This document shows, in pieces, positions 21,120 to 29,199 of a stretch of 32,000 nucleotides of DNA. The DNA is from Wolbachia endosymbiont strain TRS of Brugia malayi. GTDB lineage: Bacteria > Pseudomonadota > Alphaproteobacteria > Rickettsiales > Anaplasmataceae. The translations under genes were made by a program, and so were the position numbers. Numbering within the stretch: position 1 is the first letter of the stretch; each line of letters starts with the position of its first letter. The stretch spans positions 690,001-722,000 of the forward strand of contig NC_006833.1 in assembly GCF_000008385.1 (NCBI RefSeq), in the 5' to 3' direction. The notes under the pieces are model-generated. The model had not been told where the DNA came from. It made no database searches and was given only the letters and a program-made list of their open reading frames with translations.

Positions 21120-21815
21120 ATGGAAAATAAATTACGCGAAATAGTACTTGATACTGAAACAACCGGCCTTGACATTGAATCCGGCCATCGCATTATTGAA
21201 ATAGGATGTGTGGAATTAATCAACCGTATCCCAACAGGCAAGGTATTTCATAAGTATCTTAATCCAGAAAGAGATATACCTTACCATTCATTTAAAATTC
21301 ATGGCATTAGTGAAGAATTTTTAGAAGATAAACCGTTATTTTCGGATGTTGTATTTGAATTTCTTGATTTCATATCTGGTGATATTTTGATAATTCACAA
21401 CGCTGAATTTGATATTAAGTTCCTTAACATGGAGTTAGGCAAGTTGAACGCTAGGTTAATTTCTTCAGATAGAGTGCTAGATACATTGCCACTTGCAAGA
21501 AAGAAGTTTGTAGGGTCACCCGCTTCTTTAAGTGCATTATGTAAGCGTTTTGATATATCATTAGAGAATAGAGAATTGCACGGAGCACTAACTGATGCTG
21601 GATTGCTTGCAAAGGTGTACGTTGAACTTACAGGAGGATTACAAACTTTTCTGTTTGACAATGAATGCAAGCAAGATCATAACTCTGCATTTATTCAGCA
21701 TAAAGTGCGTAATTTAACTTGCAGAGAACATTCACCAAGTAATGAAGAAATTAATGAACATAGGAAATTGTTAGGTAAAATTGACAATCCACTTTGGAAA
21801 GAACGTATTGAATAA
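21120..21815 (+). CDS. dnaQ: DNA polymerase III epsilon subunit (3'-5' proofreading exonuclease)
   Basis: 231-aa ORF with Exo I (VLDTETTGLD), Exo II (IIHNAEFDIKFL) and Exo III (HGALTDAGLLAKVY) motifs. Confidence 0.92.
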   Translation: MENKLREIVLDTETTGLDIESGHRIIEIGCVELINRIPTGKVFHKYLNPERDIPYHSFKIHGISEEFLEDKPLFSDVVFEFLDFISGDILIIHNAEFDIKFLNMELGKLNARLISSDRVLDTLPLARKKFVGSPASLSALCKRFDISLENRELHGALTDAGLLAKVYVELTGGLQTFLFDNECKQDHNSAFIQHKVRNLTCREHSPSNEEINEHRKLLGKIDNPLWKERIE

Positions 21816-21859
21816 ATTAATTAATGAAGATATAATCTCATTTTATCCAAGGTGTTCCA

Positions 21860-22474
21860 ATGATAAAGTTTGTAAGGTTATTATCTAGTATATTAGTAGC
21901 ATTATCAGTCATTTTTCTCGGCTATTGTTATTTCACTAAAAAAGGCATATTTGCTCCAGCAGTAATTCACAACGCAGAAGTTAAAATAGGAGGAGATTTT
22001 TCTTTAATCAATCAAGATGGGCAGGTTATACGCAGTAATGATTTTAAAGATAAGTATATGATGATTTTCTTCGGGTTTTCTTCATGTAAAAAGATTTGTC
22101 CTATGAATCTTGGGATAATTTCAGAAACACTTGCAAAACTAGATGAGAAAACCAGTGACAAGCTACAAACATTTTTCATAACAGTTGACCCTGAATGCGA
22201 TAGCACAGAAAAACTCAAAGAATTTCAACAGCAATTTGACTATAGGATACAAATGTTAACTGGTGAAAGAAAAAAAATAGATGAGGTAATTGCAAATTAT
22301 AAAGTATACACTAGCAAAGTTGGTGGAGAAGAGGGAATCAATCATTCTTCAATAATATATCTCATTGGTCCTGGGGGAAAGTATGTTACACACTTTGCAG
22401 CCGATCTAAATTCGGATGAAAGTCAATCAGATAAAATTGCAGCTGAGATTAAAAAATATATAAATGAACTGTAG
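21860..22474 (+). CDS. SCO1/SenC family copper chaperone (cytochrome oxidase assembly)
   Basis: 204-aa ORF. N-terminal TM anchor, thioredoxin-like fold with CxxxC (CKKICP) and a downstream conserved His (INHSSIIYLIGPGGK). Confidence 0.85.
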   Translation: MIKFVRLLSSILVALSVIFLGYCYFTKKGIFAPAVIHNAEVKIGGDFSLINQDGQVIRSNDFKDKYMMIFFGFSSCKKICPMNLGIISETLAKLDEKTSDKLQTFFITVDPECDSTEKLKEFQQQFDYRIQMLTGERKKIDEVIANYKVYTSKVGGEEGINHSSIIYLIGPGGKYVTHFAADLNSDESQSDKIAAEIKKYINEL

Positions 22475-22539
22475 ATTTCTTCCGCCCGGAATAACATCAC
22501 CTGCAAATCGCAATTTCACGCAGATCAATTAGTGACTTC

Positions 22540-23376
22540 TTATCTGAGTTGTGCAATTTCGGCTTGAGGAAGATTAGTAGATTCAGTTATTAACTTGATA
22601 GATATGCTAGCTTTAAGTAGATTTTTTGCAACTTCAATCTTTCCTTCGTTGAACTCTTGTTCAAGGCAAGAAAGATAATTATCGGCATGTTTCTTAGCTT
22701 GATCACACGCAAATTGCTCTTCTTCACTTTAATTATATCTGTTCAATTCATTATAAGCTCTACTAATAATTACATCACTTCCTATTATTCTTTCTAAACT
22801 CCCTTCACTGCTCTCGCTTGCATACTTAAAGAAATAACACCGCTTTTCAACTACATTTTCTAATTGGCCCTCTTTTGTTTTTGGAAATTTCAGTAATTCT
22901 ATGAAAGTAAAACTAAAGTCCTTCAGATCATGTTCATAAGTAATCTGATCAAGAGTAACGTAACCTGATTTGTAGGCTAATTTGTTAGAGAATAGAATAA
23001 AATCAGTAATAGCAATAAAGATAACTTCTTTAAGATCTTGATATTGTTTACCTACATCAGCTTGACTTAAATAAGTTTTGGCAGTACAATATCGTGCGCG
23101 TTTTTAAAAGCTAGTGATTTTAGTGACCTGCATTTCGCAAATAAATTGAACACCTGTAGAATCCCTGTATAGTACATCGACAATACTCTCTTTTTTAGCA
23201 GCAATTCCAGGATTTTGAACGTGACTTAAAAAGTTTACATCCTTTACTTCAGCTTCACCAGTGAGACCTAGAATATCATTAAAAAAATGAATGAGAATAT
23301 CTCTATTTTTCTTAGTACTAAAGATATGATAGAACGCGAAACCATTTTTCGGATCAAAAAACTTTGAAAAAACCAC
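22540..23376 (-). pseudogene. Rpn/YhgA-like PD-(D/E)XK nuclease-family 'transposase', two in-frame stops
   Basis: A single 279-codon frame interrupted only by TAA at 23104-23106 (VQFICEMQVTKITSF*KRARYCTAKTY, where the family normally has Glu) and TAA at 22729-22731 (NELNRYN*SEEEQF). The N-terminus FFDPKNGFAFYHIFSTKKNRDILIHFFNDILGL is family-typical. Confidence 0.8.
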
Positions 23377-23573
23377 AGTAAACGCAATTAAGAAAATTAT
23401 ACACTATTCTGCACAAATATTCAACTTCTTTACGTTTGAAATCGTTATCTCATAGCCATTCCCAGAAGATAGGGTGTGCTAAATGGTGAAAAGTAGGCTT
23501 TTTTTTAAAGCCTTCATAATGTTTCTTTCTGCTACATTAGAATAGATACAACTTTAAGAAACTTACTAAAGTG

Positions 23574-23843
23574 AAAAAAAGGCAAAAGATATCCCGTGGT
23601 AGATAATATTTACTCTCTAATCCTGCAAATTGGCATATTACACTGTCCTAAACACTTTATAAGCAAGTTTCAACTTATATAGGTAAAAACCTAGATGTTG
23701 TGAAGGCATAAGGTACATATAGTGCAAAAAATTAAATATAAGACGCCAACTACGTAATAATTTGTCATTTAACCTGCACAGATTAAAGATAACTGAATAC
23801 CTTTAGTGCTATAGGGCTGCAAGGTTTGTCAAGTAGTTTTTTT
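23574..23843. repeat. Dispersed ~270 bp non-coding repeat, copy A
   Basis: Aligns end to end, same orientation and essentially without gaps, with 30389-30660. Shared blocks: AAAAAAAGGCAA, ATAAGGT.CA.ATAGTGCAAAAAATTAAATAT, TTAACCTG.ACAGATT, GGGCTGC.AGG.TTG.CAAGTAGTTTTTT. Lies 73 bp downstream of the minus-strand NDUFS4-like gene. Confidence 0.75.
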
Positions 23844-23916
23844 GCATTTCTATGAGCTATTTGGATAACATCATTTTAAGAGTATCTGTAGAACCTAAGC
23901 TACTACACCATAAAAC

Positions 23917-24216
23917 TTACTTTGGTGTGAAATTACTCGCGTAAGATTTCGGACGTCTCTTAACATCTTTTGGCATTTCAATTATATATTTAATACCGCA
24001 CTTTTCTGCATATAATACTGCTTTTTCAAGGTAATCAAATTTTAGCACAATCTGTTTTTTTGGGTTTTTTGAGCCAACCCACCCCATCAGAGGTTCAATA
24101 TAGTAAGACTCAGGCTCAATTTTTAGATACCAAAAACGCGTATTGCCCAAACCAGACTGTGTTGCAGTTCTTGTTGGTTTATAAATCCTAAAAATTATTT
24201 TACCATCAATGCCCAT
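23917..24216 (-). CDS. ETC complex I subunit conserved-region protein (NDUFS4/18 kDa-like)
   Basis: 99-aa ORF. IYKPTRTATQSGLGNTRFWYLKIEPE...EPLMGWVGSKNPKKQIVLKFDYLEKAVLYAEKCGIKY matches the NDUFS4-family pattern found in alphaproteobacteria. Confidence 0.8.
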   Translation of the reverse strand: MGIDGKIIFRIYKPTRTATQSGLGNTRFWYLKIEPESYYIEPLMGWVGSKNPKKQIVLKFDYLEKAVLYAEKCGIKYIIEMPKDVKRRPKSYASNFTPK

Positions 24217-24333
24217 AGTTCTTATTAAATAAACTGAAATATATCTCTAAATAAATCCTCGCACAAGTAATTAGCACGATTTACCTTTCTCTTTATAATT
24301 GCATCAATATAGTTTTTACAAATTAAAAAATCA

Positions 24334-25014
24334 GTGTTAAATAGGAGTACAGATACAAAAAGAAAAGAAATGATTGAACTTAAAGGTCCAGAAATTTGCA
24401 CAGATAGAAGTAGGGAAAATTTGATTGTTTGTTTACATGGCCGGGGATCAAGTGGCAATAATTTCGTTCATCTCGCTAAAGTTATGAGTAAGTCTTTACC
24501 CAATTCATGTTTTGTAGCACCCAATGCTCCGTCTAAAAGAGAAATAGGCAACGGTTACCAATGGTTCAGCTTAGAAGACCGCAGTGAAGAAGTATTATAT
24601 AATGGAGTAAAGAATGCTGCATCGATAGTAAATCATTTTATTGACACGAAGTTAAAAGAGTTTAGCTTGAAAGATACACAACTTTCTTTAGTTGGATTTT
24701 CTCAAGGAGCAATGCTTGCAATACATACAGCCCTTACCCGCCCTCAGTGTTGTGCATCAGTTGTTGCATATTCTGGTAAGTTTCTTTCACCTTCAAGAGT
24801 TGCACCTAAGATTAAATCAAGACCTAACGTGTGTGTTATCCATGGCGACGCTGACAATGTGGTACCTTTCTCTTTTTTTGACTTGACGGTAAAAGCCCTA
24901 AAAGAAAATGGGGTAAATGTTGAAGGATACCCAATTCGCACACTGGGACATCTTATTAATAAAGAAGGAATAAAATTAGGTGTAGAATTTATTAAGAAAA
25001 ATTTCAAAAAATAA
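24334..25014 (+). CDS. Phospholipase/carboxylesterase-family alpha/beta hydrolase
   Basis: 226-aa ORF. LHGRGSSGNNF, nucleophile elbow GFSQGAML, acid/His region (IHGDADNVVPF, LGHLI). The start may be the internal Met at 24370. Confidence 0.8.
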   Translation: MLNRSTDTKRKEMIELKGPEICTDRSRENLIVCLHGRGSSGNNFVHLAKVMSKSLPNSCFVAPNAPSKREIGNGYQWFSLEDRSEEVLYNGVKNAASIVNHFIDTKLKEFSLKDTQLSLVGFSQGAMLAIHTALTRPQCCASVVAYSGKFLSPSRVAPKIKSRPNVCVIHGDADNVVPFSFFDLTVKALKENGVNVEGYPIRTLGHLINKEGIKLGVEFIKKNFKK

Positions 25015-25019
25015 TTTCT

Positions 25020-25841
25020 ATGCACTTATTTTGCTTTGGTTATGGATATGTGGCTAGGTTTCTATCAAAAAAATTACTAAGTTTAAGTTGGAAAGTTAGC
25101 GGCACTTCAAGAAATCAAGACGTACATAATACCAATTTTTTTAATTATGATAAAGTAAATAAGGATACGTTTCAAGACGTAACGCATGTTTTAGTTTCTA
25201 TTCCACCAGATGGTGATGATGCGCTGGAGAGATATGGTCATTACTTTCAAAATACCAAATGGCTTGGCTATTTGTCTGCAGCTAGTGTCTATGGTGATCA
25301 TGCTGGTAACTGGGTTAAAGAAGAATCTGAAACAAAACCTATAGAAAGCAGAGGGAAAAGCCGCCTTAGAGCCGAAAAAAAGTGGCTGAATAGTAAGTTA
25401 CCTGTACACATTTTCCGCTTGACTGGAATATACGGTCCTGGTAGAAACGTACTAGTTGATTTACAGCTTAATAAAGCAAGAAATGTACAAAAAGAAGGAC
25501 ATTTTTTTTCTCGTATTCACGTTGAAGACATATCAAATATCCTGTTCTCTTCCATGCAAAATATAAAACCTGGTGAAATATACAATTGTGCAGACGATTT
25601 ACCTGCTACGCAATCCGAAGTGGTAGCATATGCAGCCGAGCTTTTGAATGTTAGCGTTCCAGAGCCAGTAGAGATTTCTTCCCTGCCTGATCATGCACAG
25701 AGTTTTTATTTAGGCTCGAAAAAAGTAAGTAATATTAAAGTCAAAAGAGATCTTGGTATCTCTCTAGTTTACCCTAACTATAAAGTGGGGTTGGAAAATC
25801 TAATTTCTAACCAACAAGCTCCTATAGAAAGAGGAGAATAA
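25020..25841 (+). CDS. NAD(P)-binding epimerase/dehydratase-like (atypical SDR) protein
   Basis: 273-aa ORF. N-terminal Rossmann-like FGYGYVARFL, then SAASVYGD...E.S...P....G..R...E and FRLTGIYGPGRN, typical of the extended-SDR epimerase family. Substrate unknown. Confidence 0.7.
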   Translation: MHLFCFGYGYVARFLSKKLLSLSWKVSGTSRNQDVHNTNFFNYDKVNKDTFQDVTHVLVSIPPDGDDALERYGHYFQNTKWLGYLSAASVYGDHAGNWVKEESETKPIESRGKSRLRAEKKWLNSKLPVHIFRLTGIYGPGRNVLVDLQLNKARNVQKEGHFFSRIHVEDISNILFSSMQNIKPGEIYNCADDLPATQSEVVAYAAELLNVSVPEPVEISSLPDHAQSFYLGSKKVSNIKVKRDLGISLVYPNYKVGLENLISNQQAPIERGE

Positions 25842-25862
25842 AAGTCTTTTTTCATCGACATC

Positions 25863-26320
25863 TTAATACTTTTCAGTTGATGGATGAATAAGAAAGCAAA
25901 TCCTTTGGTGCATCTCAATAATTGCCATTGATGTTTGTTCTGCCCCTTCCCCTATAACTAAAACAGCAGATGTTGCCAGTGCATCAAGAAGATTGACTTG
26001 TATCACCTTAAGTGGTTGATTATAAAGATTCGGGTTGCCTATATAAGAATAAGCGGTTCAAACCTACACCAAACAAGAGCGGTAGCTGTAACTCCACGAC
26101 GCGTAGGTGTTACGTTACTATCTGTAATCAAGATAACAAGATATTTTATGCAATGTTTTGTCTTGAGATAGTTTTCTATATCAATACAGCCACTTTTTGA
26201 ACATCTTTTAGATATAGAATGTACATTTCGTCACCATTTGACTCATCAATACCTGCAGATGGAATCAAGATATCATCTTTAATTGTCAGGTAGAGATCGT
26301 AAGGATTGTGGTTCACATCT
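25863..26320 (-). pseudogene. CofE / F420-ligase-like (FolC2-type folylglutamate synthase candidate) remnant, N-terminally deleted
   Basis: Joined minus-strand frames give IPSAGIDESNGDEMYILYLKDV..., KYLVILITDSNVTPTRRGVTATALV..., GNPNLYNQPLKVIQVNLLDALATSAVLVIGEGAEQTSMAIIEMHQ...STEKY*. This matches the AGID.SN, I.D..GR..R.G and D.LA.AA.L..GE..E..P motifs of the CofE family. Only the C-terminal part (~150 codons) is present. Confidence 0.5.
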
Positions 26321-26532
26321 ATTAAAACAAGAATTTAACTTGTTACAAGAAAAAACAACAGGGATAAGATCCTTTAATAAACTTTGAGGTACTGTTTCAA
26401 ATGTCTTTCTTCCCATAACAATGACTTGTTTGTCAGTTACCTGACAAAATGCTTCAACTTATTTGGATAACACCAAGGCAATTCATTATTTACTCCCATC
26501 ACCCCATTGAGATTAATAGCCATAATACCCAT
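26321..26532 (-). pseudogene. folA: Dihydrofolate reductase remnant (N-terminal ~65 codons only)
   Basis: MGIMAINLNGVMGVNNELPWCYPNKLKHFVR*, then after a frameshift TDKQVIVMGRKTFETVPQSLLKD. This is the DHFR N-terminal pattern (..LPW..P.DLKHF...T....VIMGRKTFES.P). The C-terminal half is absent. Confidence 0.6.
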
Positions 26533-26539
26533 AATTTTT

Positions 26540-27348
26540 TTAACCATCATCCCTGTAAGGCAGCTTGAGTTACAAAAATCGCATGTGATCATGCACATTA
26601 TGCACTCAGAGGAAGATCAACCTTGTTTATAACATCGATTATGCAGAAATTGTTTCTAAATCTCGATTAAAGACAGGTTCTGTAGAAAAGGAAGAAATAA
26701 ATGACTTCCTAGAATGACCACTAAACTTTGCAGCCAAATTTTTGTAATGCCTCTATATTGGGTAAAATTGAGATATTCTGATATAGATATTTTCCAAAAC
26801 CAATGTCAGGATCAATAATTACCGAACTTTTATCAAAATCTAGAGCCAGTAGTCTTTTAATGCCCTTCTCTGCCCAATTATTTATGGTATCAGCTGGATC
26901 ATGTCACCTAAAATAATTGTATCCTTATGTAGGTAGTATGGAGAGCGAATGCATAATAACAATACCACATCTACTAGTTAGCAATTGCTTTTAAAGTGTT
27001 ATCATCTAGATCTCCTTTGATATCATTTATTCAGGTAATGTCGTAGTGTTCCAAAGTATTCAAAATAACATCTAGCCATAAACTACTAATGCTGACTTTA
27101 ATATTGTCAGCTTTCATATAGTGATAAGCTTATCAAGCACTGGTTTTAAGCATGCATGTTCTGCCTTTGGAGTCTGCATAGGAGATCCAAGTCCTGTTGA
27201 TTGAGCACCAAATTCAACTATGCTTGCATCATCAAAGTATTAGTTGCAGCGCTTGCTTCGTTGCATAATCTGCATCAAGATAAAGACCACCATCTGAAAA
27301 TGAATCAGGAGTAACATTGACGATACTTACAAGTTTTAGTAGAAGCAT
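26540..27348 (-). pseudogene. folP: Dihydropteroate synthase, multiply disrupted
   Basis: MLLLKLVSIVNVTPDSFSDGGLYLDADYATKQALQL.., ASIVEFGAQSTGLGSP, VIIDPDIGFGK, VHNVHD. The DHPS signature blocks are recovered only by switching frames, and several stops are present. Confidence 0.8.
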
Positions 27349-27356
27349 AAAACTCT

Positions 27357-27838
27357 TTAGAAAGCAGTTTTGAGTATGAGGGATATTATGAGCAATATAT
27401 TGAATGTTTTGCTAATTACTGGAGCATTACTCCCAGAATTAAGCATTGCTATCAAGTGAAGCAAAAATGGTCTATTCATTAATTCTGGATGAGGGATCTT
27501 AAGGTAGGGCGTATCAAGTGTCAAATCATCCCGTAATAAAATATTAAAACCAATAAGACGAGGTTCCCATTTTTCATAGACCTGTAGACGGCCTGTCACA
27601 CTCAATTTGTCTTAGACCTTTTAATAGCTCTTCAGAAGAAGAACAACTTCCATACAAAACCATGTTTTAAAATGGCTTGTCCCACTCAACTGGAGCACCA
27701 CTTGGTAGAATATCCTTAATTTCCAGAATAATTAAAAATTTTAGATCCTTAAAACAGCCTTCCTTCAGAAGGAAGCAGCCTTTTGTAAATTAGAAAAGCG
27801 ATCCCCCTACATTTGAGCCAATAGAAATATAAACATTA
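27357..27838 (-). pseudogene. folK: HPPK (6-hydroxymethyl-dihydropterin pyrophosphokinase), disrupted
   Basis: The N-terminal NVYISIGSNVGGSLF* and RFSNLQKAASLL... are in different frames. The C-terminal ORF (27357-27605) contains WEPRLIGFNILLRDD...LKIPHPELMNRPFLL, the HPPK W.PR.IDLDIL / IPHP....R.FVL pattern. Confidence 0.75.
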
Positions 27839-28248
27839 GTCTATCTTTTTATTTTTGCAGTATATCACAATAAGTAAAAAGAGAACACCTACATGCACAT
27901 TTGGAACGGATGGTGCAACTTTGTGAGTAGTCACTCTTACAGAAGAAATAATATGCTTTTTTTACATCAAAGGTTATTAATAATTATATACACACTACAA
28001 GTAAAATGCTCGATTAAATTGAACTGCTTGTCCTAAACGAGAGATTAAATATTCTATACTACCTGCAGATAGCAAACAGTATCCTCAAGTCGGTCAGTTG
28101 TAAGCCCAAGGAGATTTAAAGGTAAAATCAATATCAATACCAACTAACTGGAGATGAAATTTCTCTTCTGCACCATACCATAAATGAACCTAAAGCCATA
28201 AATTTCGGACAAGTAGGTTACACAAAGGTTTCGTATATTTAACTCCAT
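27836..28248 (-). pseudogene. folB: Dihydroneopterin aldolase-like (FolB/FolX family), disrupted
   Basis: MELNIRNL..., GWYAEEKKFHLQLV.IDIDF, LEDTVCYLQVV..., DKQFNLIEHFTCSVY recovered across frames. These resemble the FolB blocks (E......F.VD..L, D.L.DTV.Y, LIE.LA). Its position between the CADD-like gene and folK supports the call. Confidence 0.5.
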
Positions 28249-28288
28249 TTCCTTATTTTATAGTTTTAAAACCCATATACCCCTGAAG

Positions 28289-28990
28289 TTAGCTCATTTG
28301 TTTACAAGAAGCCTTCCCTCTTATCAATGTAAAATTTTCAGCAATATGCATGCACGCTTAGAGCATTCCATCAAGAAAATCTCATAAGAGTTTCACACCC
28401 TTTCTAGCACTCCGCATAATCTTGTCTTGTTCCTCCTCATCTAAATCAGCAATAAGGTTTGTAGACTCCTCAGAATGCCACTTATCAGAATCCATATGAA
28501 CAGTAAAAAATTGGAGAAGAACGCCCATCATTTATTAAATAGTGTTTTTTCAGACCTTCAATTTTAGATTTCGAAACCTTTAGAGCTTGACGTTCATAGG
28601 CATATAGAGCACCAAGGCCTATTGCAAAGTTTGATCGTACGATATCGAAGTAACCATCGACTAATTTCTTGTCTCCTTGCGTCTTCACGAAAATCAGACT
28701 GTGTAACACCAAAACCTTCAGCAAAACGTTGCCATAACTCGGGATGATTCTCATCACTTCGCTCTTCTTATATTAAACTACCAAGTAAAACCTACCGCAT
28801 TTTAAGATTTGGACACAAAGAATGTATACCACCAATATAACGAGGAAACGCAGCAACATGATGATAATACTCCTTCGCATAGACCGTAAAGCCTCAAAGC
28901 TTAAATTTCCCTCATTCCATGATTGATAAAACTGATGTTTTAATAAGTGCAAATTATCTAATTCCTTATTAAATAACCGAATGAGTACCT
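28289..28990 (-). pseudogene. CADD / PqqC-like di-metal oxygenase family (putative pABA synthase), disrupted
   Basis: Joined frames give LHLLKHQFYQSWNEGNLSFEAL(R), YAKEYYHHVAAFPRYIGGIHSLCPNLKMR*VLLGSLI*EE, ENHPELWQRFAEGFGVTQSDF, and the 90-aa ORF with YFDIVRSNFAIGLGALYAYERQ. AAGGAGG RBS at ~29003-29009, but the start codon is lost (TAG immediately upstream in frame). Confidence 0.75.
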
Positions 28991-29074
28991 AGCCCCTCCT
29001 TAATTAACACTAAAGTTACTTTAAGCTATTCACAGGCTTTTTAGATGTCAAGAGATATTATACCAGTTCTTACT

Positions 29075-29101
29075 ATTACAAGCTTAAATCTAGCTTGTAA
29101 T
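29075..29101. repeat. Perfect 10-bp inverted repeat (ATTACAAGCT-N7-AGCTTGTAAT) in a divergent intergenic region
   Basis: The arms at 29075-29084 and 29092-29101 are exact reverse complements. Located between the 5' ends of the decayed folate operon (-) and the decayed hydrolase gene (+). It is followed by two TTGACTTTT boxes (29134-29142 and 29152-29160). Confidence 0.6.
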
Positions 29102-29199
29102 TTCGATAGACATAAAAATAGGTACATAAAAAGTTGACTTTTTAATAAAGATTGACTTTTTTCAAAATTTTATATATTACTAAATTAGTATGATAGGAA

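Noticed and set aside
23495-23513. AGGCTTT-TTTTT-AAAGCCT hairpin upstream of the Rpn pseudogene, considered as a bidirectional terminator
   Set aside because: The stem is only 7 bp and mostly A/T, with no additional U-tract after it on either strand. Weak predicted stability.
24225-24458. 77-codon minus-strand ORF spanning the NDUFS4-like/carboxylesterase intergenic region
   Set aside because: It overlaps the 5' end of the well-supported carboxylesterase gene on the other strand and has no family resemblance. It probably covers the divergent promoter region only.
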